NCBI GenBank assembly: GCA_001794635.1
Contig: MGKE01000011.1
Location: 20,682-84,681, forward strand
Direction of reading: 5' to 3'
Length of the DNA: 64,000 nt
Origin: Candidatus Yanofskybacteria bacterium RIFCSPLOWO2_01_FULL_39_28
GTDB taxonomy: Bacteria > Patescibacteriota > Minisyncoccia > 2-02-FULL-40-12 > GWA2-44-9
The position numbers and the translations under genes are program-made. The notes under the pieces were generated by a model. The model was not told where the DNA came from, ran no database searches, and saw nothing but the letters and a program-made list of their open reading frames with translations. How positions within the stretch are numbered: the stretch's first letter is position 1; each line of letters opens with the position of its first letter. Shown here one piece after another: positions 55,626-64,000 of this stretch.

Positions 55626-55925
55626 CTATTTACACCTGTCGCAATCTCCACACTTACAATCCATAGAATGACTGCATGTTTTGCCCTCCATCATCTTACT
55701 TCCCCAGCCGCAACAGCCGCAGAAACCAGAAGATTTTGATAGCAAAACTAAAACAACTACTGACCAAGCATAGTACGGGGCTTCAAATCCCCAAAATGAG
55801 ATCATCCTCATACTCGTCCAGAAAAATAAAACACCGGCTACCCAAGCCAAAACCGAAATCCCCTTAACTACCCAATGATGAAAACATCCACAATTTCCTG
55901 ACATCATAACAACACCCCCTTCCAA
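55626..55925 (-). CDS. Cys-rich two-TM small membrane protein
   Basis: NCGCFHH at the N-terminus, two hydrophobic helices, C-terminal GFCGCCGWG...CSHSMDCKCGDCDRCK. Confidence 0.5.
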   Translation of the reverse strand: MEGGVVMMSGNCGCFHHWVVKGISVLAWVAGVLFFWTSMRMISFWGFEAPYYAWSVVVLVLLSKSSGFCGCCGWGSKMMEGKTCSHSMDCKCGDCDRCK

Positions 55926-55937
55926 AATTTATTATCT

Positions 55938-56831
55938 TTATTCATGTTCACTTTTTATTTTACCAGCCAAAGTCCTGAGCTTAGATAACATCTCCTTACC
56001 CTGGGTTGCTTTATCTTTAAATACATCTTTCGGACCAGAACCAGGTGGATTGCCATGCCAGCGATAATCAAATTCTATTTCTGGAATACCTTTACCAGGT
56101 ATGGTGTGAGCAATTATTATAGTTGGTTTTTCGTAAATTGCTTTGGCTTCCTCTGTCGCATCAGTGAATTGTTCAATGTTGTGACCATCCACTTCAAGAA
56201 CATGCCAATTAAAGGCCTCATATTTGGCTCTTAAAGATTCCAAGGGCATTATATCTTCGGTCATCCCGTCAATTTGAATATTGTTCCTGTCAATTATACC
56301 GACTAGATTGGAAAGCTTATATTTACCCGCAAACATAATCGCTTCCCAAGTATTTCCAGCGTCATGCTCTCCATCTGACATTATACAATAAACACGGTTC
56401 TTCTTCCCGTCCATTCTTAAAGCATAGGCCACTCCAGCTGCTTGACCAAGGCCAGATCCCAGCGGACCAGAGGTTGTTTCCACTCCAGGCAACTTTTCTC
56501 TTTCCGGATGGCCTTGTAACCGAGTACCGAATTTACGAAGTGTTTTTAGTTCTTCTATGGGAAAATAACCAGCTTGGGCCATTGAAACATATCTTATGGG
56601 TGTAATGTGGCCATTTGAAAGTATCAGCCAATCACGCTCCGGCCATTCTGGGTTTTTAGGATCATGGGCTAATACATGAAAATATAATGCCGTGAAAATA
56701 TCGGCCATCCCCAAAGGCCCAGCCGTATGGCCTGACCCAGCCGCAACTAATTCCTCAATCAAAAGCTCCCTCGCCTTCTCAGCAATTCCTTCCAATTCCT
56801 TTACTTTTTCATCGTGTATATAATGAGACAT
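55938..56831 (-). CDS. transketolase, N-terminal (TPP-binding) subunit
   Basis: GSGHTAGPLGMADI, SNGH, GSLGQ-like GPLGSGLGQAAG, MSDGEHDAGNTWEA motifs. Confidence 0.9.
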   Translation of the reverse strand: MSHYIHDEKVKELEGIAEKARELLIEELVAAGSGHTAGPLGMADIFTALYFHVLAHDPKNPEWPERDWLILSNGHITPIRYVSMAQAGYFPIEELKTLRKFGTRLQGHPEREKLPGVETTSGPLGSGLGQAAGVAYALRMDGKKNRVYCIMSDGEHDAGNTWEAIMFAGKYKLSNLVGIIDRNNIQIDGMTEDIMPLESLRAKYEAFNWHVLEVDGHNIEQFTDATEEAKAIYEKPTIIIAHTIPGKGIPEIEFDYRWHGNPPGSGPKDVFKDKATQGKEMLSKLRTLAGKIKSEHE

Positions 56832-57062
56832 TTATAAAAGTGTCATTGCAAACAAGGATATTGAACCAGTTACAAGTCCACCCAAGCTTAATCCGATATA
56901 ACCACCCAAATGCTTAATTTCTCTGGATCTATCCGGCACATTTCTTCCGAATTTAGTCGTCCACGAACCGACAATAAGAAATAAAGACATAAAAAACATG
57001 GAAAATGAAGCAACAAGGGCAAAGGTAATTATCGGCTTAAAAATTATTGAGATTATAGACAT
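56832..57062 (-). CDS. small membrane protein
   Basis: 76 aa with two or three hydrophobic segments; abuts the tkt start. Confidence 0.4.
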   Translation of the reverse strand: MSIISIIFKPIITFALVASFSMFFMSLFLIVGSWTTKFGRNVPDRSREIKHLGGYIGLSLGGLVTGSISLFAMTLL

Positions 57063-57067
57063 ATGTT

Positions 57068-58102
57068 CTACAGAAACTTAGCCGCCTTAATCACGTGTTC
57101 AACCAGGGTATTTGTATAACCAAACTCATTATCATACCAAGCAAACACGGCACACAGGTCTCCATCCACCACTTTGGTCAAACTTAAGTCAACTATTGCC
57201 CCATGGGGATCACCGACAATATCAGAAGATACGATCTGGTCAGTCGTGGTTCTCAATATCCCCTTCCAGCGTTCTTCTTTCTCCGCTTCTTTGAAAATAT
57301 TATTTATCTCCTCAACTGTTGTTGGTCTTCCGGAAACAAGCACAATACAAGAAAGTGAACCGGTTATAATCGGCACTCGCATTGAAGCTCCTTCAAATTT
57401 GCCAGCTAAAGCCTTGACCGCTCGCGTTGTGGCGGTAGCCGCTCCTGTCCAAGAAGGAGAAATATTGGCCGCTGCTGCCCGACCCCGCCTCCAGTCGTGG
57501 CCCTTAACCGGACCGTCTATAAGATTTTGAGTCGCGGTATAACCATGAGTAGTAGAAAGAAAAGCTTTTTTGGCTTCCAGTCTTTCTGACATAATCTGCA
57601 TAACCGGTGAAACCGAATTAGTAGTACAGGAACCATTTGAAGAAATAGTGCAGGTCTTGAGATCGTCTTCATTAACACCCATCAAAACGGTTTTAGCGTC
57701 GTCATTATCTGAGTCTTTTGCCGGAGCAGTTATAACTACTCTTTTGGCTCCTGCTTTTTTGTGAACTTGGGCTTTTTCATAACTGTCATAAATCCCGGTC
57801 GCTTCAACAACTATATCCACACCCAAAACCCCCCACGGTAACATCGTCGGATCTTTTTCTTGAATAAATAAAACTTCGTGACCATCGGCTTTCAAATATT
57901 TATTGCCGTCTTTTTCTGTTACAGAGACACCCTTGCCATATCTTCCATAAGCCGAATCATACTGGAGAAGGTAAGCCAAATTTTCTATATCACCAAGATC
58001 ATTGATAGCCACAATTTCTAATTCCTTCCGCGTCAAAGCCAATTTAAAAAAAGCTCTCCCAATCCGACCAAATCCATTAATGGCTATCTTAGTTCGCTTC
58101 AT
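57068..58102 (-). CDS. gap: glyceraldehyde-3-phosphate dehydrogenase
   Basis: INGFGRIGR, SNGSCTTNS (active-site Cys), WYDNEFGY motifs. Confidence 0.95.
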   Translation of the reverse strand: MKRTKIAINGFGRIGRAFFKLALTRKELEIVAINDLGDIENLAYLLQYDSAYGRYGKGVSVTEKDGNKYLKADGHEVLFIQEKDPTMLPWGVLGVDIVVEATGIYDSYEKAQVHKKAGAKRVVITAPAKDSDNDDAKTVLMGVNEDDLKTCTISSNGSCTTNSVSPVMQIMSERLEAKKAFLSTTHGYTATQNLIDGPVKGHDWRRGRAAAANISPSWTGAATATTRAVKALAGKFEGASMRVPIITGSLSCIVLVSGRPTTVEEINNIFKEAEKEERWKGILRTTTDQIVSSDIVGDPHGAIVDLSLTKVVDGDLCAVFAWYDNEFGYTNTLVEHVIKAAKFL

Positions 58103-58111
58103 ATCTATCTA

Positions 58112-58774
58112 TTATAGCAATTTTGCCACAGGAGCAAATGATTTTCTGTGTATTTCTGAAGGACCTAAGATAATGAGCTGGGTCTGATGATACTTAGTTC
58201 CATAGCCCTTATGTTTTTCAAATCCATAGCCAAGGTATTTTTTAGCATAGCGAACCATCATTTTGTCTCGGAAAACTTTAGCAATAATAGAAGCACAAGC
58301 GATGGCGAAGATCTTGCGGTCACCTTTTATAATGGGCATTTGCTCAATATTTAGTCCCTTGATTTTTGTCCTACCATCCACCAACACAATAGAACGTTGT
58401 AAAATGTTCAAAACTGAGCTTTGCACACTTGGAGTTAATTTGATAATTGCCCGACGCATGGCTAATCGGGCAGCGTTATAGATATTTAATTTATCTATCG
58501 TTTTAGGATAAGAATATGCCAAAGCATAAACCAGATCTTTTTCTTTCAAAAGCTCAATACTAAACAATTCTCTTTGTTTTGCATTTAATAATTTGGATTC
58601 CTTGAGCCACTTCAGTTTTTTATGAGTTTTTTTATAGAACTGATTAGTCATCGCCACAGCACAAACCACCACCGGTCCGGCCAAACATCCCATCCCCACC
58701 TCATCCACAGCATAAATCAGCCGATAGCCGGATTTAAATAGATTGCGTTCTACTGATTTATTTGGTAATTTCAT
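58112..58774 (-). CDS. rnhB: ribonuclease HII
   Basis: VDEVGMGCLAGPVVVCAV and ...ASIIAKVFRD... motifs. Confidence 0.9.
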   Translation of the reverse strand: MKLPNKSVERNLFKSGYRLIYAVDEVGMGCLAGPVVVCAVAMTNQFYKKTHKKLKWLKESKLLNAKQRELFSIELLKEKDLVYALAYSYPKTIDKLNIYNAARLAMRRAIIKLTPSVQSSVLNILQRSIVLVDGRTKIKGLNIEQMPIIKGDRKIFAIACASIIAKVFRDKMMVRYAKKYLGYGFEKHKGYGTKYHQTQLIILGPSEIHRKSFAPVAKLL

Positions 58775-58803
58775 AGATAGTTCTCAAGAAAAAGGAGTGC
58801 GAA

Positions 58804-59061
58804 ATGGTTTGGGATGGAATTCGTCCTATTGCCCAAAATTGTCCTTGCGACATTTGCAGATCAATGGAAGACGTTGAGAGAAAACATATTCCAACGACTA
58901 CATGTACCATAAGTAGCAGGGAAAGAACTGGTGAATATAGACAATCCAACCTTTGTGCAAAGTGTAGGTCTGAGGGTTGGGTAGTCGGCGAAACTGCAGA
59001 TTTTCACAGGTTAAGTTATTATAATTTTAAAACAGAGCCCATTCAAATTAAAAGCGTATAA
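58804..59061 (+). CDS. hypothetical Cys-rich (zinc-ribbon-like) protein
   Basis: CPCDIC ... CAKCRSEGW pairs; 85 aa. Confidence 0.35.
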   Translation: MVWDGIRPIAQNCPCDICRSMEDVERKHIPTTTCTISSRERTGEYRQSNLCAKCRSEGWVVGETADFHRLSYYNFKTEPIQIKSV

Positions 59062-59495
59062 AGCGCAATCCCCGTCGCCACACTTACATTCAGACTCTCT
59101 TTTCGGCCATACATCGGTATGGCTATTTTTTTATCGCAATATTTTAAAATCTTCGGGCTAATTCCATTAAATTCATTGCCAACAATTAATGCCATAGGAA
59201 ACTTTGGTTTGAATCTGAAAATATTTTTCGAATCCTTAGTTTGTTCGAGGGCATATATATTAATACCTTCTTTTTTTAATTCTGTAATTACTTGCCAAGT
59301 ATTACGTCTATATTCCCATGGCACATACGTCTCGGCACCTAGAGCAGTTTTGGAAATTTTATCATGTGGAGGCGTAGGCGTGGTTCCGCAAAGATATATC
59401 TTAGAAACCCCGACGGCATCAGCTGTGCGGAAAATAGACCCAACATTCTCCCGGCTTCGGATATTGTCTAAAATTAAATATATTTCTTTTTTCAT
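59043..59495 (-). CDS. SpoU/TrmH-family RNA 2'-O-methyltransferase
   Basis: NIRSRENVGSIFRTADAVG, LIVGNEFNGIS, ESLNVSVATGIALY motifs. Confidence 0.85.
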   Translation of the reverse strand: MKKEIYLILDNIRSRENVGSIFRTADAVGVSKIYLCGTTPTPPHDKISKTALGAETYVPWEYRRNTWQVITELKKEGINIYALEQTKDSKNIFRFKPKFPMALIVGNEFNGISPKILKYCDKKIAIPMYGRKESLNVSVATGIALYTLLI

Positions 59496-59519
59496 ATAGA
59501 ATAGTATAATATAAATAAT

Positions 59520-60299
59520 ATGAATAAAAACTACAAATATCTAATCTGGGCAGGGACAGCAACTCTCGTAATGTTAACTGTTTTTTTAATAGCCCTAACT
59601 AAGCAGGTTAAAAACACGGCGACAACAACTAACACCATATCCTTCAGTGGCGAAGGAAAGGTTTTTGCTGTGCCAGATATTGCCGCTATCATTTTTTCCA
59701 TTCTAACCGAGGCGTCAACATCAAAAGTGGCCCAAGATCAAAACTCTGAAAAATCAAAACAGATTGTTGATTTCCTAAAAAAACAAAGTATAGAAGACAA
59801 AGATATCAAAACAACGGGTTATAATATTTACCCTCAATACAGCTATCCTCGACCCGTTCCCCTTGGTGCTGAATCAGTAACTTCTCCCGATTATTATCCA
59901 GGAAGCCCCAAGATAACCGGTTACCAGGTTAACCAATCATTTGAAGTAAAAGTTCGCGACTTAGAAAAAGTCAGCACTCTCCTTGATGGCCTTGTTTCGG
60001 CTGGAGCTAATCAAGTTAATAATCTAGGGTTCAAGGTAGATAATGAAGAAGAATTAAAAGAACAAGCTCGAGAACTGGCCATAAAAGATGCTAAAGAAAA
60101 AGCCGATACACTTAAGAAGCAATTGGGTATTCGTTTGGGCAAAATTGTAAACTACAATGAAGGTGGCTATTATCCGGTATATTTCAAAACTGAATCTGCT
60201 GACTATGGCATGGGCGGAGTTGGCGGCGGAGGTCCATCTGTTCCAACTGGAGAAAATGAAATAGTTGTTAGTGTTACAATTACCTATCAGATAAAATAA
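59520..60299 (+). CDS. SIMPL-domain (DUF541) secreted or anchored protein
   Basis: N-terminal TM, then ...ITGYQVNQSFEVKVRDLEKVSTLLDGLVSAGANQV... typical SIMPL. Confidence 0.75.
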   Translation: MNKNYKYLIWAGTATLVMLTVFLIALTKQVKNTATTTNTISFSGEGKVFAVPDIAAIIFSILTEASTSKVAQDQNSEKSKQIVDFLKKQSIEDKDIKTTGYNIYPQYSYPRPVPLGAESVTSPDYYPGSPKITGYQVNQSFEVKVRDLEKVSTLLDGLVSAGANQVNNLGFKVDNEEELKEQARELAIKDAKEKADTLKKQLGIRLGKIVNYNEGGYYPVYFKTESADYGMGGVGGGGPSVPTGENEIVVSVTITYQIK

Positions 60300-60352
60300 A
60301 AAGTGCCCGTTTACCCTGAGTTTATCGAAGGGAAAGGGCACTTTAAAATGGT

Positions 60353-60874
60353 TTAGTATCGCACTTCTAATCCGTATCTGTTTTCAAAAAATTTCTCATA
60401 CTCTCCACCAGCAGTACAACTGCCGTCAGTACAGTCATCATCAAAAGATCTGACGAATCTCCACCTTGGTTTCCAAAAGTAATAGCACTCAAACCATTTA
60501 CTAGTCCGTTCGTATAGATAAACATGGTCAGATGAATGAAAGTAAACTAGAAGCCACGGCTCTTTACCTGCCAGCGAAATAACTGTTTTATTTATTGACT
60601 CACTTGGTGGTGAGTTTCTAACTAATGTGCTTAAATATTCAGATGTTTGTTGAGAAACTGGTTTAAACACGACCATTACACTTAAATTAGAATCTTCCGG
60701 TGAATCAAATTCTAAATCAAGGAGCTCAATTTGGTCTTCCTTAACTACAAAATAACTAAGGTGAAATTGTTCATCTGTATCCCATTTTGTATAATCCGGT
60801 AATTTCGGAACTTTTTCTTGAGAAAAAACTGAATTGGCAAAAAGTAGAAACAATATAGCGAGAAACCTTGCCAT
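60353..60874 (-). CDS. hypothetical secreted protein
   Basis: Signal peptide MARFLAILFLLFANSVFSQE from the Met at 60874. Confidence 0.45.
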   Translation of the reverse strand: MARFLAILFLLFANSVFSQEKVPKLPDYTKWDTDEQFHLSYFVVKEDQIELLDLEFDSPEDSNLSVMVVFKPVSQQTSEYLSTLVRNSPPSESINKTVISLAGKEPWLLVYFHSSDHVYLYERTSKWFECYYFWKPRWRFVRSFDDDCTDGSCTAGGEYEKFFENRYGLEVRY

Positions 60875-60961
60875 GATGACCTCCAAAATTTTTTATAAAC
60901 GAACGCTTATTTAAAATATCATTTTAGAAAATTTAAATCAAAAAGCGTCCTCCTGGACGCT

Positions 60962-62095
60962 TTAAACTTTAAATCTTTTTGCTGAAAAACGAGAAATATC
61001 AATGGATGCTTTTCCTTCATATAACAGTTCTATAAGTAGCTTGCCGATTGCTGGCGCCCGGTGAAAAGAATTACCGTTACATCCAGTAAAATAGGCAATC
61101 TGTGGAAACTTAGGAATGGTATCAATAATAAGGTCAAGATCTGGAGTGTTGGTATACATACAAGTCATGGCGTCAAACAGCTCCCCCGCCGCGTCGGGAA
61201 GATGCTTATTTAGGAAGGACCTTAAACGTTCAATAACGCTCACGCTTGGTATACGACTAAACTCTTCCACGTTTTTCAGATAATGTTTGTCTCGGTGAAA
61301 GGCAATTTTAATTCCATTTTTCTCAAAAATCGGAATACCATAGACAAAATCGGATCCATCCCATTCCCAAGTCGGAAAATTCTCTGGTTTAAAAGAATCA
61401 ATATTACGGAGAGGTTCAAAATACACGATTTGCTCCTGAGATACTTTAAGTGGCAATGTAACACCGAGTTGGGCCAAAATATCAAGTGCCCATGGACCTG
61501 CAGCGATCACAAGCTTTTGAGTTCGATACGTCTCACATAATGTTTTGACCAAAACTGTTTCAGAACGGTCTGGTTCTATTCTTATCACCTGAGACCGACC
61601 CCGAACTGTAACTTTGTTTCTCTGAGCCGAAAGAAGAACTTCTCTCATACAACGTTCTGCTTCCAAAATACCAGTATCTGGTGAATAAATTGCCTGCACA
61701 CTTGAATCGCAATGCCATTGCGAATATCGACGACGCAAACTATCACCATCAAGAAGCTCAAATGAACTACCCCTAGACTCAAGCTTGGCAACTACCTTAT
61801 TAATATCACTGCCCATTGAAATATCAATGCCACCGTTTAAATACAGAAGCTTGTCTCCGATTTCACGCTCAAGATCTTGCCAAAAATATCGACTTTGGCG
61901 GGCAAGCTGATAACGAAAATCGTCGGCAAAAGCCTCGCCAAAAACTCTTGAATATCCCCGCGAGCTTCCCTGAGGAATCTCTGGATCATGCTGCTCTAGT
62001 AATAGAGTATGTCTACCGGACTTACCTAAATACCAAGCGGTCACACGCCCTATAATACCTCCGCCCACAACGATGGCGTCAAAGGCATCTTGCAT
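60962..62095 (-). CDS. FAD-dependent oxidoreductase (sarcosine / N-methyltryptophan oxidase-like, DAO family)
   Basis: DAIVVGGGIIGRVTAWYL dinucleotide-binding motif; 377 aa. Confidence 0.75.
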   Translation of the reverse strand: MQDAFDAIVVGGGIIGRVTAWYLGKSGRHTLLLEQHDPEIPQGSSRGYSRVFGEAFADDFRYQLARQSRYFWQDLEREIGDKLLYLNGGIDISMGSDINKVVAKLESRGSSFELLDGDSLRRRYSQWHCDSSVQAIYSPDTGILEAERCMREVLLSAQRNKVTVRGRSQVIRIEPDRSETVLVKTLCETYRTQKLVIAAGPWALDILAQLGVTLPLKVSQEQIVYFEPLRNIDSFKPENFPTWEWDGSDFVYGIPIFEKNGIKIAFHRDKHYLKNVEEFSRIPSVSVIERLRSFLNKHLPDAAGELFDAMTCMYTNTPDLDLIIDTIPKFPQIAYFTGCNGNSFHRAPAIGKLLIELLYEGKASIDISRFSAKRFKV

Positions 62096-62154
62096 ATAAA
62101 CCTCAGTCCTGATGTCAAAAAACTATTTTAAAGATTATAACATAAAATTACAAT

Positions 62155-62190
62155 AAATCAAAAACTGCTCGAAAGAGCAGTTTTTGATTT
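62155..62190. terminator. perfect 16-bp hairpin with GAAA loop, downstream of 16S rRNA
   Basis: AAATCAAAAACTGCTC-GAAA-GAGCAGTTTTTGATTT. Confidence 0.65.
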
Positions 62191-62949
62191 CTCAACTTTA
62201 TACAGCTAACCAGATTCCTAAGTGATAGAAATTTTTATTCTTACTACCATTGAATTCCGATTTCGCCTTCGGACTAGGCATAAGTATTAAACTCATATCG
62301 ACTACATTTTTAATTGAAGGATAAGAGGTTGGATGTGAAAAACGATAAGTTCTTCCCATCTTTCGCCTCCCACTTCTAATCCTTTCGTGCATCCAAGAAT
62401 AAATTCTTGAATAGAAAGGAGGTGATCCAGGAGCAGCTTCCGCTACCCCTGCCTTGTTACGACTTATTTCCTGTCATCGAGCTTACCGTGTCCCCACTTT
62501 AAAAATGGATCTTCAGGTACTCCCGACTCCCTTAAATTGACGGGCAGTGAGTCCAAAATTCGAGAACGTATTCACCGCAGCGTTCTGATCTGCGATTACT
62601 AGCAATTCCGGCTTCATGGAGGCAAGTTGCAGCCTCCAATCCGAACTGGGGATGCCTTTGATGGGATTGGCTCCACCTTGCGGTTTGGCGACCCATTGTA
62701 ACATCCATTGTATCATGTGTGTAGCCCAGGGCATCAGAGGGCCACGCTGACTTGACGTCATCCCCTCCTTCCTCCTTCTTACGAAGGCAGTCTCGTGTGA
62801 CACGTATAACACACAACGGGGGTTGCGCTCGTTAACCCACTTAAGGGAACCATTCAAATGACGAGCTGACGACCGTATTCTTCCACTATTCCTAATGGTA
62901 CGGACTATACTTTCATCCAGCACATATTTCTAAAGGCCAATTTTTAAAA

Positions 62950-62979
62950 TTGACAAAAATTGATAAAATTGTCTATAAT
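62950..62979 (+). promoter_or_regulatory. near-consensus promoter antisense to the rRNA
   Basis: TTGACA (62950-62955), an 18-nt spacer, then TATAAT (62974-62979). Confidence 0.55.
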
Positions 62980-63012
62980 TATTTCGGTACATTTAATATT
63001 GAGGTATTTCAG

Positions 63013-63159
63013 ATGATAGACTCAATCATAGACCGAATCTTTGTATTTCTTATCTTGGGACTAGTGCTGTTACCTACACTTCCCCTAATCTTGCCGTTGA
63101 TTACGGTTATGGGATTCTTCTTTATTATAGATTTCTTTTGTAAACTGATTGAACAATAG
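63013..63159 (+). CDS. 48-aa hydrophobic peptide encoded antisense within the 16S insertion
   Basis: GAGG lies 8 nt upstream of the ATG. Product MIDSIIDRIFVFLILGLVLLPTLPLILPLITVMGFFFIIDFFCKLIEQ. Stem CAGCC/GGCTG plus a T-run at 63190-63210. Confidence 0.45.
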   Translation: MIDSIIDRIFVFLILGLVLLPTLPLILPLITVMGFFFIIDFFCKLIEQ

Positions 63160-64000
63160 ACAAGAAATAAACAAATACAAAACTCTTACCAGCCTTAACA
63201 GGCTGTTTTTCTTTAGAAATATGTGCTGGAGCCCACGTTTTATGGCAGTTTAAATTGTACGTCTGCCATCCTGATCCTTCAATAAACTCAGAATCAAAGT
63301 CTCTACAGGTCCCCGACCGAAAGTCGGGGTTCCCTCGGTATTGCCCTCCGCCGACTGGCGGATTTGGGTTTCACCGATATGAGTGGGTATTTTGTGCGAA
63401 AAATTACTCTTTCGCTGGCCGATTTTTTCAGTCACTAGTCACTAAACACTAGCCACTAGCAACTTCTGCTTTCAGCCGTGCAGCACCTGTCTAGCACCCT
63501 CGAAGGCTACGCCATTTCTGGCGTATGCAGCTAGATTTCAAGCCCTGGTGAGGTTCCTCGCTCAGTGTCGAATTGAACCACATGATCCACTGCTTGTGCG
63601 AATTCCCGGCTATTCCTTTGAGTTTTAATCTTGCGATCGTACTTCCCAGGCGGCAGACTTAACGCGTTAGCTACGCCACCGAAAGGGTCGATGCTCCCGA
63701 TGGCTAGTCTGCATAGTTTAGGGTGTGGAATACAAGGGTATCTAATCCTTTTTTATGCCCACACTTTCGCAACTGATCGTCAGTAGAGCCCTAGCAAGCT
63801 GCCTTCGCTTTTGGTGTTCCGTGCAATATTAATGGATTTCACCCCTACACCGCACGTTCCGCTTGCCTCTAACCCACTCTAGTCTTGCCGTTTCCGATGC
63901 GGTCTCACAGTTGAGCCATGAGATTTAACACCAGACTAACAAAACCGACTACTTGCGCTTTACGCCCAGTGATTCCGGATAACGCTTGGGGTCCTCGTAT

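Larger units (their letters stand above)
62917..63229. repeat. perfect 19-bp inverted repeat bracketing the mini-gene inside the 16S insertion
   Basis: CCAGCACATATTTCTAAAG (62917-62935) and CTTTAGAAATATGTGCTGG (63211-63229). Confidence 0.95.
62874..63473 (-). other. 600-bp intervening sequence inside 16S rRNA
   Basis: The universal block ...ACAGGTGCTGCACGGCT | GTCGTCAGCTCGTC... (rRNA sense) is split. GACGAGCTGACGAC ends at 62873 and AGCCGTGCAGCACCTGT resumes at 63474. Confidence 0.85.
62415..64000 (-). rRNA. rrs: 16S rRNA, 3' ~1 kb of the mature sequence plus a 600-bp insertion; 5' part is beyond the window
   Basis: The reverse complement shows ...GGATCACCTCCTTTCT at the 3' end, AAGTCGTAACAAGG, GACGTCA, GGATTAGATACCCTTGT and other universal blocks. 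The window ends near E. coli position ~530. Confidence 0.95.

Noticed and set aside
62198-63452. ORFs in the track overlapping the 16S gene (62198..62392, 62513..62923, 62532..62816, 63250..63435, 63255..63452)
   Set aside because: They lie within, or antisense to, recognisable 16S rRNA sequence or its structured insertion. They have no SD or promoter context and no protein-like motifs. Only the 63013-63159 sub-ORF of 62950..63159 has expression signals.
38-64000. Alternative genetic code (UGA recoding as in some CPR lineages)
   Set aside because: Conserved genes end at TGA (e.g. rpsG and rpsH) as well as at TAA and TAG at the expected lengths. No conserved protein is interrupted by an in-frame TGA, so the standard code 11 fits.

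Overview
The window looks like a low-GC, gene-dense Candidate Phyla Radiation (Patescibacteria)-type bacterial genome. Evidence for that placement: the contiguous str/S10/spc ribosomal-protein superoperon on the minus strand (rpsL to adk/map) has no L30 gene, several r-proteins carry extensions, and the 16S rRNA gene is interrupted and unlinked from any 23S. The remaining genes are housekeeping: tuf, fusA, secY, ftsZ/ftsA, nrdJ, hisS, hppA, comEC, gap, split transketolase, rnhB and others. Accessory genes include a fadE-like/fadI/fadJ beta-oxidation cluster and a large secreted metzincin. Six things stand out. (1) A tRNA-Ala(UGC)-like gene is split in its anticodon loop by a 406-bp insert. The insert carries a GIY-YIG nuclease ORF framed by inverted repeats and a second, intact tRNA-Ala(UGC) framed by a perfect 13-bp stem. 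(2) A 600-bp insertion in 16S rRNA has no homing-endonuclease ORF. Instead it holds an antisense mini-gene (near-consensus promoter, SD, 48-aa hydrophobic peptide, terminator) bracketed by a perfect 19-bp inverted repeat. (3) A decaying DGR-like retroelement is present. It has a reverse transcriptase lacking the YxDD region, an 11-C homopolymer that frameshifts the RT N-terminus, and an Avd-like four-helix-bundle gene. It also has a GC-rich target gene with an AAC-rich C-terminus, plus a short second copy of that gene's promoter and 3' end. (4) A ~95-nt nested-palindrome repeat family fills eight intergenic spacers, five of them inside the r-protein operon. (5) A second repeat shows compensatory base changes between its two copies. 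(6) A ~165-nt multi-helix element lies directly after rpsG. All calls rest on reading the sequence and the ORF translations; no database search was run.
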